From Parcubacteria group bacterium Gr01-1014_3 (lineage in GTDB: Bacteria > Patescibacteriota > Minisyncoccia > UBA6257 > WO2-44-18), in contig VMGF01000002.1 of NCBI GenBank assembly GCA_007376445.1, positions 13,673-77,672 of the forward strand: a DNA stretch of 64,000 nucleotides. The letters are read 5' to 3'. Position 1 is the first letter of the stretch, and the number at the start of each line of letters is the position of its first letter. Positions 9,368 to 18,911 of the stretch are shown here, piece after piece. The translations under genes were made by a program, and so were the position numbers. The notes beneath the pieces are model-generated. The model was given only the letters and a program-made list of their open reading frames with translations. It searched no databases and was not told the origin of the DNA.

Positions 9368-9893
9368 TAAGCAACTTAGCGCCAAAATTGAAGCCCTTCT
9401 ATTCATCTACGGAGAGGCGATGACCTATAAAAAAATGGCCGAGACCTTGGATTGTTCCGAAGTGGAGTTAAAATCCGCTATTCAAGAACTGGAGGAAAGT
9501 ATTAAGTCGGACCAACGCGGTTTAATTTTAGTTTCGGACAAGGACAAGGTACAGTTGACGACCAAGCCGGATTTTGCCGGCCTTTTTGAACAGCTAATTA
9601 AGGAAGAGATGAGCGAGAATCTTACGCCGTCGGCGCTGGAGACTCTTTCGATCGTTACTTACGCCGGGCCAATCTCTCGGGCGGAGGTTGATTATATCCG
9701 GGGCGTAAATTCGAGTTTTACCCTGCGCAATCTATCTATCCGCGGACTCGTAGAACGTCTTATCGATCCGCATCGGGCCAATGCCTATATTTATTCTCCG
9801 AGTATGGAATTCTTAAAACTTCTCGGTATTTCCAAGAAAGAAGATCTGCCGGAGCACGAAAAATTTAGCCAGTTGGTTAAAAAACTCCACTAA
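9357..9893 (+). CDS. scpB: segregation and condensation protein B
   Basis: IEALLF, LETLSIVTY.GPISRAEVDYIRGVNS. Confidence 0.95.
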   Translation: MPTNKQLSAKIEALLFIYGEAMTYKKMAETLDCSEVELKSAIQELEESIKSDQRGLILVSDKDKVQLTTKPDFAGLFEQLIKEEMSENLTPSALETLSIVTYAGPISRAEVDYIRGVNSSFTLRNLSIRGLVERLIDPHRANAYIYSPSMEFLKLLGISKKEDLPEHEKFSQLVKKLH

Positions 9894-9982
9894 TATGGCT
9901 AATCTAGCACTAATATACCAATATACAGATACACGAATTAGTATATTCGCGCTCGATTCGTATATTGGTGGAGTATAAAACT

Positions 9983-10867
9983 ATGACAAAGTTTAATTTG
10001 CAAAGCTTCGCTTTTGCCGCGGTCGTTTTATTTGCGGTTTTAGTTAATTTTTCCGGACGGGAAAATACCAAAGAGACAATATCCGCGGCCGAAATTTCCG
10101 ACACCAATCTCACCGCCAATATCGCGGTGATTTCTGATATCGATCCCACGCCGCCAATTTTCAAGGTTTTACCGAATGTTAAGGCGGTTACGGCTTACGC
10201 CAAGGAACTCTTTGGATCGCAGGTATTTTTTGAAAAGAATATTCATCAGCAATGGCCGGTTGCTTCACTGACTAAATTGATGACCGCCGCGGTTGCGCTG
10301 GAAAAGATCGGAATCAATCAAGAAGTTGTGGCGAGTGAAAATGCCGTCGCCACCGAAGGTATCGCTGGCGGCTTGCTGGTAGGAAGATCGTACCCGGTCC
10401 GCGAGCTTATAAATGTATTGATGGGTGTTTCCAGTAATGACGCCGCGGTCGCGCTGGCCGAATCTTATGGCGTTAAGCGTTTCGTGGCCACGATGAATTC
10501 TAGGGCGGGGAATATCGGAATGCTGGACACGGTTTTCGCCGATCCAACCGGACTCACTTCTTTGAACCAGTCCAATGTTTTGGATCTGGAAAAATTAGTG
10601 AAGCACGTCTTTAATAATTATCCGGAAATTCTAACTGCCAGCCGCCAGCCCGATGTAAAAATCGCTGGGCAAGTGTTTAAAAACATCAACGCCTTCGCGG
10701 GCCGACCGGATTTTCTCGGCGGTAAAACTGGATTTATAGATGAGGCGAGTGGTAATCTTATTTCATTGTTCAATGTTGGTGGTCAGCCTGTTTTAATAAT
10801 CGTTCTTGGGAGCGACGACCGCTTCGGCGACACGCGAAAAATCTATGATCACATTACAGGCAGTTAG
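9983..10867 (+). CDS. D-alanyl-D-alanine carboxypeptidase (peptidase S11)
   Basis: SLTK (SxxK), SSN (SxN), KTG motifs. Confidence 0.9.
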   Translation: MTKFNLQSFAFAAVVLFAVLVNFSGRENTKETISAAEISDTNLTANIAVISDIDPTPPIFKVLPNVKAVTAYAKELFGSQVFFEKNIHQQWPVASLTKLMTAAVALEKIGINQEVVASENAVATEGIAGGLLVGRSYPVRELINVLMGVSSNDAAVALAESYGVKRFVATMNSRAGNIGMLDTVFADPTGLTSLNQSNVLDLEKLVKHVFNNYPEILTASRQPDVKIAGQVFKNINAFAGRPDFLGGKTGFIDEASGNLISLFNVGGQPVLIIVLGSDDRFGDTRKIYDHITGS

Positions 10868-11891
10868 AATTATCGGACTTTCCATGGCCGCTTTTCTGGT
10901 GGCTTTCGCGGCTACGCCGTTAGTCAGTAAATTACTGACGCGATTTAACGCGAACAAACAGCTCCGTTCCAGCGAACAGGCGCCGATCTTTGCTAAGTTG
11001 CATCAAAAGAAATCTGGCACACCGACGATGGGCGGCGTGATCATCTGGGGCACCGTGCTGGGCCTGGCTTTATTGTTCATGCTGTTGGATTTCTTTTTTG
11101 ATGGATTTTGGAGTTATTTGAATTTCGTGGATCGCGCGCAGACCTATCTGCCGATCACGGCAATGTTAGTCGCGGCTCTGATCGGACTCGCGGATGATAT
11201 TCTGGGCGTGTTAAAGATCGGTCCAAATGGCGGCGGTCTGAGGATCAGCCAGAAGCTGGTGGTTTATATGGTTATCGCTCTTGTCGGCGCGCTTTGGTTT
11301 TATTATCGGCTAGGCTGGGATACGCTTTCCGTGCCATTTATCGGCAATATCACGATCGGTTGGTGGTACATTCCGTTATTTATTTTCATAATCGTGGCTA
11401 GCGCTTTTTCCTCCAATGAAACTGATGGCCTGGATGGTTTGGCGGGTGGAGTTTTGCTTTTTGCTTTCGCGGCGCTGGTGGTAGTGGCTTTCGCGATTGG
11501 CCGGTATCACTTAGCCGCTTTCGGCGGCATGACCATCGGCGCGCTACTGGCCTTTCTCTGGTTCAATATCTATCCGGCCAGATTTTTCATGGGGGACACT
11601 GGCTCAATGTCCCTGGGCATTACCATGGGCGTGATCGCTATGCTGACCAATACGACCTTACTCTTGCCGTTATTCGCGCCGATCTTAGTTTTAGAATCCC
11701 TCTCGGTAATTATTCAGATCGCCAGTAAAAAATTGCGTAAAGGCAAAAAAGTATTTTTATCCGCCCCTATCCACCATCATTTTGAGGCGATTGGCTGGCC
11801 GGAGACGCAGATCACGATGCGCTTTTGGATTATCTCCGTGGTCTTCAGCGCTCTTGGCTTGACCATTTTCTTCTTGACGAAATATCTATAG
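10845..11891 (+). CDS. mraY: phospho-N-acetylmuramoyl-pentapeptide transferase
   Basis: KSGTPTMGG, NETDGLDGL, FMGDTGS, APIHHHFE. Confidence 0.97.
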   Translation: MITLQAVRIIGLSMAAFLVAFAATPLVSKLLTRFNANKQLRSSEQAPIFAKLHQKKSGTPTMGGVIIWGTVLGLALLFMLLDFFFDGFWSYLNFVDRAQTYLPITAMLVAALIGLADDILGVLKIGPNGGGLRISQKLVVYMVIALVGALWFYYRLGWDTLSVPFIGNITIGWWYIPLFIFIIVASAFSSNETDGLDGLAGGVLLFAFAALVVVAFAIGRYHLAAFGGMTIGALLAFLWFNIYPARFFMGDTGSMSLGITMGVIAMLTNTTLLLPLFAPILVLESLSVIIQIASKKLRKGKKVFLSAPIHHHFEAIGWPETQITMRFWIISVVFSALGLTIFFLTKYL

Positions 11892-11936
11892 AGACGATAA
11901 TTAAATACAGTTGTTTGAAAGGAAAGGAGCACAACA

Positions 11937-13070
11937 ATGCGTACTAGGTTTTTGATTTTCGCGACGCTGATGACTTTTAGTTTGATTGGAAGTAATTCCT
12001 TTGTTATCGCCCAGGAGAAGAAACAGGAAGAGCCGTCGAAGAGCGGTAAAGAAATTGCCGAGATGTTTGAAGACGCGGTGGTTCAGATCGAGACGACTGC
12101 CAAGTGGGATAATGGCATGGAGACTGGCGGATCCGGCAGTGGATTCTTTATTGATGACAAGGGGCATATTTTGACCTGCGCTCACGTGGTCAAGGAAATG
12201 GATGAGGTTATGAAAAATCCGTTTAACGGCCAGAGCGCTAAGGTATTGAGCTACTCTTACTGGGTCATCCTGCCGGAAAAACAAAAAAAGATTCGCGCTG
12301 AAGTCGTTGGTTGGAATAAGCATGTCGATATCGCGCTGATGAAGGCTAAGATCGACGCGCGTGATTATAAATACGCGAAGCTCGGTGATCCGAACAAACT
12401 CAAGAGGGGTGATAAGGTTTACGCGATCGGCAGTCCTTATGATCTCCAGAATACTCTTACCGCGGGATCCGTGAGCGGATTGCACCGTTATCTCGATATG
12501 AATTATGTTGAAGATTTCATTCAGACTGACGCGGCTATCAATCCCGGAAACTCCGGCGGCGTCCTGATCAATGATCGGGGCGAGGTGGTCGGGCTTACGG
12601 CGGCCAAGTACATGATGGCTGATAATCTTGGATTCGCGATTTCTATCGAGCTTGCGAATATCGATCGGCTGATGAAAGGCGAAGTAAAACTTGGAGAACT
12701 TGGAGCTGGCGTAATGTTGGATAATTTCCCGCGGACCAGCGGATTTGAAGATTTGCGGCGACTGAATGAAATTACCGATATTGATGATCTGGAATCTTTG
12801 ATGACCCTGGCTCGTTTGACGAAAGACAACTGCTCGCTGGTTACCAAGGTTGATAGAGAATCTCCGGCCGCTAAGGCGGATCTCCAGCGAGGTGACCTGA
12901 TAAATTCCGTTAACGGCAAAGTTGTGAAGAATGGACGTGAAATCCGGATTCATTTACTGGCCACGGAAATCGGAAAAGAAGTCGCGGTTAAGATCACCCG
13001 CCTAGAGAAGGGCGTGGCAAAGGAGCTGACCGTTACGGTCACGCTGGCTGAACCTAAGAAGGACAAGTAA
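11937..13070 (+). CDS. HtrA/DegP-like serine protease with PDZ domain
   Basis: GSGF, TCAHVV, DIAL, QTDAAINPGNSGG; signal peptide; GGAG SD. Confidence 0.93.
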   Translation: MRTRFLIFATLMTFSLIGSNSFVIAQEKKQEEPSKSGKEIAEMFEDAVVQIETTAKWDNGMETGGSGSGFFIDDKGHILTCAHVVKEMDEVMKNPFNGQSAKVLSYSYWVILPEKQKKIRAEVVGWNKHVDIALMKAKIDARDYKYAKLGDPNKLKRGDKVYAIGSPYDLQNTLTAGSVSGLHRYLDMNYVEDFIQTDAAINPGNSGGVLINDRGEVVGLTAAKYMMADNLGFAISIELANIDRLMKGEVKLGELGAGVMLDNFPRTSGFEDLRRLNEITDIDDLESLMTLARLTKDNCSLVTKVDRESPAAKADLQRGDLINSVNGKVVKNGREIRIHLLATEIGKEVAVKITRLEKGVAKELTVTVTLAEPKKDK

Positions 13071-13343
13071 ATGTGGAGATGGCTACCATGCTCAAGCGTA
13101 GATGGAATTCTGCCAAGAATGCCTTTACTAGATTGGTCGTGGTCAGTTCGCGCTTTTCTTTCTCACTTTGCGTTGGGTTTTGGTGTGGGGTTATCGCTCT
13201 GTGCGTTGATCTGGATCATATTACGATGCTGTGGGGCCACCCCCATGGAAGAGTGGCGCATACGCCGCTCTTTGTTCTGGCTTGCCTTGTCTGTATCTAT
13301 TATGGTGCACGTCTTGGAAGACTACTTGTTGGGTTGGTTTTGA
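13071..13343 (+). CDS. small membrane protein, frame A of an overlapping pair (SHxxxG and HxxED motifs)
   Basis: ATG directly after the htrA stop; two hydrophobic helices; SHFALGF and VHVLEDY. Confidence 0.55.
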   Translation: MWRWLPCSSVDGILPRMPLLDWSWSVRAFLSHFALGFGVGLSLCALIWIILRCCGATPMEEWRIRRSLFWLALSVSIMVHVLEDYLLGWF

Positions 13344-13378
13344 GAAAAATACGCAAAAATAATCAAGGACCGTCTTAA
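13073..13378 (+). CDS. small membrane protein, frame B of an overlapping pair (DLDH and GRxxHT motifs)
   Basis: GGAG at 13075-13078 lies 9 nt before ATG 13088; hydrophobic helices; VDLDH and HGRVAHTP; stop lies within a downstream hairpin. Confidence 0.55.
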   Translation: MEMATMLKRRWNSAKNAFTRLVVVSSRFSFSLCVGFWCGVIALCVDLDHITMLWGHPHGRVAHTPLFVLACLVCIYYGARLGRLLVGLVLRKIRKNNQGPS

Positions 13379-13413
13379 TTGATGGTCCTTTTACTTTATA
13401 CGCTCGTATACTC

Positions 13414-13521
13414 TAATTTTAAATTCTAAATTTTTAATTTTAATTCAATGACCAAATGTTAAATTTCAAAATTAAATCATTGAAAATTAATTTAAAATTT
13501 ATAATTCAAAATTTAAAATTA
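13414..13521. repeat. AT-rich heptamer repeat, copy 2
   Basis: Near-identical to 128-236. Confidence 0.85.
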
Positions 13522-13616
13522 TTCTGAATTAGGTTAATTTATTCGACCGACAGGATCCTTCGCTGCGTTCAGGATGACAGGATGGTAGTTGTCAAAATGG
13601 TATAATAAATGTATAA

Positions 13617-15125
13617 ATGGTTCTCATTAAAAGCGCACAAATTATAGATGGCACCGGCAAGCCGGCGTATAAGGCTGATGTTCTTTTAAGAGGCGATAAG
13701 ATTTCCGCCATCGGAACTTTTCCCAATAAAAAAGCTGATATCGTGATCGATGGGCTTGGGTTGTTTTTGACCCCGGGGTTTATAGATGTGAACACCGACT
13801 CTGACCATTATCTGAGCTTGTTCACGGAACCATATCAAAAAGATTTCGTCCGTCAGGGCGTCACCACGATTTTCGGCGGACATTGTGGTTCTTCATTAGC
13901 GCCGTTACTTTATGGCGGTCTGGAGTCAATTAGAAAATGGAGTGATATCAATCAGATCAATGTTGACTGGCACAGTGTTGGAGAATTTTTAAAAGTTTTG
14001 GACCGTCGCGGGCTTGGCGTCAACTTCGGCACCTTGATCGGCCACTCCACCTTGCGCCGCGCTTTGATCGGAGAAGGACTTCGCGATCTTACGATCAGCG
14101 ATCTGGAGATTTTTAAAAAATACATCAATGACTCTATGAAGGAGGGAGCCTTCGGTATTTCCACCGGATTAAGTTATGCTCACTCCCGCCAGGTTCCGTA
14201 TTCAGAGATCAAAGAACTGGTTCAGGTCGTGGCTGAGCATAAGGGAGTTTACGCTACGCACCTTCGCAATGAGAAAGAGGGTCTGCTTCCATCTATTTAT
14301 GAAACGTTGAAGGTCGCGGAGGAAACGGGCGCGGAAACTTTGATCAGCCACTTTAAGCCGATCTATGGCTATGAGCGCGACTACCAAGCGAGCTTGGAAA
14401 TACTAACCCCGGCCAATGTCCACTATGACACCTATCCATTCGATACCAGCGTCATTCCGATCTACACACTTCTGCCGGATTGGGCGCAGGTTGGGGGTTT
14501 CGAGGTGATCCGCACATATCTGACCACTCCCGGAACCAGGGAAAATGTGGTCAAAGCTATTAGCGCCACTAAAGGTGATGAGATCGGAGACATTCGTATC
14601 GCTCAAGCTCCGGGGTTTTCTCACCTGATCGGAAAAACTATCCGGGAACTCGCCGAAAATGAAGGGTTATCGTTGCCGGAAACCTTGATCAAAATGATTC
14701 TTCTGACCAATTTCCGAGCAGTTGTATTTTATAAAAATATCGCGCTTTCACTGGCGATCGCCGCTTTGATGAGAGAGCAGGCGATGGTGTCGTCAAACGG
14801 AGCCAGTTTGCCGGACGATCCGGATATTTTGAAGCAGGAAAGATTTTACAATACCTTTCCGAAATTCCTTGAAGTAGTGAATTCACAGAAGCCGATATCG
14901 CTGGAAAAGGCCATCAAAAAGATCACTTCCGATGCCGCCAAAAAATTCGGTTTGAAACAGCGCGGAATTATCCAGGCGGATAATTTTGCGGATCTGACTA
15001 TGTTTTCTTTCACGCCAGCCGGAAAGATGAAAGTTGATTTTGTTTTTGTGAACGGAGAGATGGCGGTCCAGGAAGGGGAGGCGCGATCTAGCTTAAGTGG
15101 CACGATATTGCGTCACAATCACTAA
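13617..15125 (+). CDS. N-acyl-D-amino-acid deacylase-like amidohydrolase (atypical active site)
   Basis: IIDGTG, PGFID, QGVTT..GHCG, HLRNE, ISHFK, ADLTMF, VFVNG. Confidence 0.82.
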   Translation: MVLIKSAQIIDGTGKPAYKADVLLRGDKISAIGTFPNKKADIVIDGLGLFLTPGFIDVNTDSDHYLSLFTEPYQKDFVRQGVTTIFGGHCGSSLAPLLYGGLESIRKWSDINQINVDWHSVGEFLKVLDRRGLGVNFGTLIGHSTLRRALIGEGLRDLTISDLEIFKKYINDSMKEGAFGISTGLSYAHSRQVPYSEIKELVQVVAEHKGVYATHLRNEKEGLLPSIYETLKVAEETGAETLISHFKPIYGYERDYQASLEILTPANVHYDTYPFDTSVIPIYTLLPDWAQVGGFEVIRTYLTTPGTRENVVKAISATKGDEIGDIRIAQAPGFSHLIGKTIRELAENEGLSLPETLIKMILLTNFRAVVFYKNIALSLAIAALMREQAMVSSNGASLPDDPDILKQERFYNTFPKFLEVVNSQKPISLEKAIKKITSDAAKKFGLKQRGIIQADNFADLTMFSFTPAGKMKVDFVFVNGEMAVQEGEARSSLSGTILRHNH

Positions 15126-15127
15126 CA

Positions 15128-16225
15128 ATGTTGCGTACCCGCTCCGGCACCCCGGATTATCTGATCATGTTTTGTTTGATTTTCCTGGTGGTTTTCGGCT
15201 TGGTAATGCTGGCAAGCAGTTCTTCATATCTTGGCCAGGCTAAGTTTGGCGACAGTCTTTTTTATCTGAAGCATCAGATCTGGTATGGATTACTGCCTGG
15301 TTTGATCGGGTTTTTCTTGGCGTACTTCTTTTATTACCGGCATTGGGAAAAGCTGGCGATCATTCTTCTACTAGTCAATATAGTTTTTCTGATCTTGATT
15401 TTTACGCCACTTGGCTTGCAAGCTGGAGGCGCGGATCGCTGGCTCTACCTTGGCCCTCTGCGATTTCAACCGGCTGAATTATTAAAATTAACTTTCGTGG
15501 TCTATCTGGCCGCCTGGCTTTCTGGCCGGCTTGAGCGTCGGAAAACTTTTTGGCAGGGATATGTGCCATTCCTGATATTATCCGGCATTGTTTCTGCCCT
15601 AGTCGTATTGCAACCGGCTACTACTATCGTGGTTATTTTGATGCTAACCGCGCTGACGGTTTATTTTGTGAGTGGAGCCAAGCTTAAATATATCTTTGGG
15701 ACGATTTTACTTGGAGCGCTTATCCTAGCGACGATTGTTTATATAACGCCATATCGCTGGCAAAGAATTCAAAGCTTTTTGAATCAGACAGCCAACCCGC
15801 AAGCCGGCGGTTATCATTTAAATCAGGCGAAGATCGCGATCGGATCTGGCGGATTAACTGGCGTAGGGTATGGTGAGTCGACGACCAAGATCGGCTATCT
15901 GCCGGAACCAATTGGCGACTCGATCTTCGCGGTAATCGGCGAAGAGTTGGGGTTCATCGGATCAATGGGTTTGATAACGGTATTTTTTGTTTTAATTTTG
16001 AAAATATTTTTACTCGCGAAAAAATCTCGGGATCATTTCGCTAGGTTCTTGCTGGTTGGCTTTGGTACGCTGATCGCCTTGCAGGTTTTCATCAATATCG
16101 GAGCTATTTCCGGACTTTTACCTCTGACCGGTGTTCCGCTGCCGTTTATTAGCTATGGCGGCACCGCCTTGGCCACCTTTCTCACGATAAGTGGGGTTAT
16201 CGCGAATATCTCGAAATATAATTAA
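15128..16225 (+). CDS. ftsW: peptidoglycan glycosyltransferase FtsW (SEDS)
   Basis: GADRWL, FQPAELLK, IGEELGF, PLTGVPLPFISYGG; upstream of murG. Confidence 0.93.
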   Translation: MLRTRSGTPDYLIMFCLIFLVVFGLVMLASSSSYLGQAKFGDSLFYLKHQIWYGLLPGLIGFFLAYFFYYRHWEKLAIILLLVNIVFLILIFTPLGLQAGGADRWLYLGPLRFQPAELLKLTFVVYLAAWLSGRLERRKTFWQGYVPFLILSGIVSALVVLQPATTIVVILMLTALTVYFVSGAKLKYIFGTILLGALILATIVYITPYRWQRIQSFLNQTANPQAGGYHLNQAKIAIGSGGLTGVGYGESTTKIGYLPEPIGDSIFAVIGEELGFIGSMGLITVFFVLILKIFLLAKKSRDHFARFLLVGFGTLIALQVFINIGAISGLLPLTGVPLPFISYGGTALATFLTISGVIANISKYN

Positions 16226-16274
16226 ACATGGTATCTAATTTTCAATTTTGCAATTTTCAATTTACAATTAAGGC

Positions 16275-17414
16275 ATGGCAAAGATTAGAATCGCGATGGT
16301 TGGCGGGGGAACCGGCGGGCATATTTATCCGATCGTTTCTGTCGCGGAAAAACTGAAAACTTGGTCTCAAAAGAGCGGAGTGGATATGGATATCCGCTAT
16401 TTTGGTCAGCCCGAGTCGTACGGCCAGCTTCTGGATATTTATGGTGTTCGCGTGGTGAAGATCGCCTCCAGCAAGCTTCGCCGGTATTTTTCTGTATTGA
16501 ATATCCTGGATTTCTTTAAATTTTTCATCGGCTTCGCGCAGAGTTTGGTTAAATTATATTTTTATATGCCGGACGTGCTTTTCTCCAAGGGCGGCCCGGG
16601 ATCTTTTTCGGTGATTTTGGCAGCCCGATGTTATTTTATTCCGATCGTCGTGCATGAATCTGACGCTATTCCTGGCTTGGCGAATAAATTGGCGAGCCGG
16701 TTCGCTAAAGTCATTGATCTGGCTTTCGCGAACGCCCGGCCACATTTTCAAGGCCGTAAGGCCCAGGTCAATCTGGTTGGAAATCCGGTCAGAGAGGATG
16801 TCTTAACAGAAATGCCCCGAGAACAAGCAAAGGTAGCCTTTGGGTTTGATCCGCAAAAACCGCTGATCTTCGTGATCGGTGGTTCGCAGGGCTCTACGAG
16901 ATTAAATGAGTTCATTTTAGATAATCTGGAGCCGCTTTTATTTAAATTCCAGGTATTGCATCAAGTAGGAAAAGATAATTTGAATGATTATCAAAAACAG
17001 TATAATTTTGTTACCAAAAACTTTTCTCCAGCTTTGACGCAAAACTATAAATTTGTTGGGTATTTGGAAAAAGATCAGTCTAAGGCCTTAGACGCGGCCG
17101 ATATGGTGATCTCGCGAGGTGGAGCTGGGGCAATTTTCGAGATCGCCGCTAAGGGTAAGCCATCTATTTTAGTTCCGCTTCCGGAATCCGCGGCGGATCA
17201 TCAACGACAGAATGCTTATGAGTATTCAGAAAAAGGCGCCGCCATTGTCATCGAAGAGAGTAATCTTTTACCGACCGTTCTCATCGGCCAGATCGAAAAG
17301 ATATTGCAAAATCCGGAACAAATCGCCAGAATGTCGGCAGCGGCGAAAAGCTTCTATCAACCGGAGTCCGCTAACCAGATCGCCATGCATATTTTGGAAC
17401 AATGGGTGGAGTAA
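16275..17414 (+). CDS. murG: UDP-N-acetylglucosamine--lipid I transferase
   Basis: GGGTGGHIYP, HESD..PGLAN, GNPVR, GGSQG, HQRQNA. Confidence 0.97.
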   Translation: MAKIRIAMVGGGTGGHIYPIVSVAEKLKTWSQKSGVDMDIRYFGQPESYGQLLDIYGVRVVKIASSKLRRYFSVLNILDFFKFFIGFAQSLVKLYFYMPDVLFSKGGPGSFSVILAARCYFIPIVVHESDAIPGLANKLASRFAKVIDLAFANARPHFQGRKAQVNLVGNPVREDVLTEMPREQAKVAFGFDPQKPLIFVIGGSQGSTRLNEFILDNLEPLLFKFQVLHQVGKDNLNDYQKQYNFVTKNFSPALTQNYKFVGYLEKDQSKALDAADMVISRGGAGAIFEIAAKGKPSILVPLPESAADHQRQNAYEYSEKGAAIVIEESNLLPTVLIGQIEKILQNPEQIARMSAAAKSFYQPESANQIAMHILEQWVE

Positions 17415-17452
17415 TCGCGAATATACAAATAAAAGATTAATATTGCGAATAA
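17408..17452 (+). repeat. ~46 bp repeat GGAGTAATCGCGAATATACAAATAAAAGATT(T)AATATTGCGAATAA, copy 1
   Basis: Also at 30198-30243 (+) and 63542-63587 (-). Confidence 0.9.
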
Positions 17453-17461
17453 TATATAGAA

Positions 17462-18907
17462 ATGGTGGCTAAAAAGATAAAACCTGTACGTGTAAGAATT
17501 GCCCCGAGTCCCACGGGGTATTTGCATATCGGCACGGCCCGGACGGCGCTTTTTAATTATCTTTTCGCGAAACAAAATAATGGCAGTTTTATTTTGAGGA
17601 TCGAAGACACCGATCTTGAGCGCTCGGAGAAAAGATTTGAGGAAGATATTATCAATAGTTTGCAGTGGCTTGGTTTGGATTGGGATGAAGGCCCGGTTGC
17701 CGGTAAAAAAACTTATAAGGGAAAGTTTAAGCCTTATCGGCAAACTGAGCGGCTGGACACGTATGAAAAATATATTAATAAACTCTTAGAAGATCACGCG
17801 GCGTATTATTGTTTTTGCACCAAAGAAGAGCTGGAAAATCAGCGTCAGGCGGCCTTAGCCGAAGGCAGGGCGCCGAAATATAGCGGAAAATGCCGATCTT
17901 TAAGCGCTGAAGAGGTGAAGCAGAACATGGCCATCAATCAAGGCCATGTGATCCGTTTTAAAGTTCCGGAAGTCACCGTGTCCTTTAAAGACCTGATCCG
18001 CGGCGAAATATCATTTGATGCCACCCTGATAGGGGATATCGTGATCGCGAAAGATCCAAGAGTCCCGCTTTATAATTTCGCGGTGGTAGTGGACGACTCG
18101 GAGATGGAGATTTCGCACGTAATTCGCGGCGAAGACCATATCGCTAATACCCCCAAGCAGATCTTAATTCAGCGGGCCCTGGGTCTTGATCAGCCTGAGT
18201 ACGCTCACTTGCCGCTGATCTTAGATCCTGACCGAAGCAAGATGTCCAAGCGATATTCCGCGACCTCGATCAATGAGTATAAAGAGCAAGGATTTCTACC
18301 CGAAGCCATGGTTAATTTTATGGCGCTTCTAGGCTGGCATCCGCAAGGGGATAAAGAGACCTTCACGATCGAAGAATTGGCGAAAGAATTTGATCTTACT
18401 AGGATTCAAAAAGCCGGCGCGGTTTTTAATATCGCTAAATTAAAATGGGTCAACGGGCAATATATCAAAAAACTCCAGCCCGAACAGTTAATGCTTCGTT
18501 TGGGTCTTCCAGAAACGAAAGAAAACCTACGCGTTGGCGCTATTGTAAAAGACCGGCTCGAGACTTTGCAGGATTTTGCCGCTCTGACCGATTTTTTATT
18601 CAAATTGCCGGAATACGAAGCTGGGTTGCTTGTCTGGCAAACCAACACGAAAGAAAAAACTAAAGAAAACCTGGAGTCCGCGCGAAAGATCCTCTCAAAT
18701 ATCGAGGAGGCTGACTATAATAAAAAATATCTTGATGAAGTATTAATGCCGACAGCGATCGCGCAAGGAAAAGGGGATTATCTTTGGCCGCTTCGGGTCG
18801 CGGTTTCCGGACAAAAAGCTTCGCCTGGTCCATTTGAGATCATTGAGGCCTTAGGCAAGGAAAAAACCCTGGAGAGGATTCAGATCGCGATAGACAAGCT
18901 TATCTAA
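17462..18907 (+). CDS. gltX: glutamate--tRNA ligase
   Basis: APSPTGYLHIG, LRIEDTD, RGEDH, KMSKR. Confidence 0.97.
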   Translation: MVAKKIKPVRVRIAPSPTGYLHIGTARTALFNYLFAKQNNGSFILRIEDTDLERSEKRFEEDIINSLQWLGLDWDEGPVAGKKTYKGKFKPYRQTERLDTYEKYINKLLEDHAAYYCFCTKEELENQRQAALAEGRAPKYSGKCRSLSAEEVKQNMAINQGHVIRFKVPEVTVSFKDLIRGEISFDATLIGDIVIAKDPRVPLYNFAVVVDDSEMEISHVIRGEDHIANTPKQILIQRALGLDQPEYAHLPLILDPDRSKMSKRYSATSINEYKEQGFLPEAMVNFMALLGWHPQGDKETFTIEELAKEFDLTRIQKAGAVFNIAKLKWVNGQYIKKLQPEQLMLRLGLPETKENLRVGAIVKDRLETLQDFAALTDFLFKLPEYEAGLLVWQTNTKEKTKENLESARKILSNIEEADYNKKYLDEVLMPTAIAQGKGDYLWPLRVAVSGQKASPGPFEIIEALGKEKTLERIQIAIDKLI

Positions 18908-18911
18908 AAAA

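Noticed and set aside
11901-12953. 350-aa minus-strand ORF
   Set aside because: Antisense shadow of htrA; no motifs or start signals.
13554-13579. Isolated REP-like hairpins (GATCCTTCGCTGCGTTCAGGATGACA here; TGTCATTGCGAG..GAAGCAATC at about 27820-27849)
   Set aside because: Single copies of each in this window; consistent with common short palindromic repeats but not enough for a separate claim.
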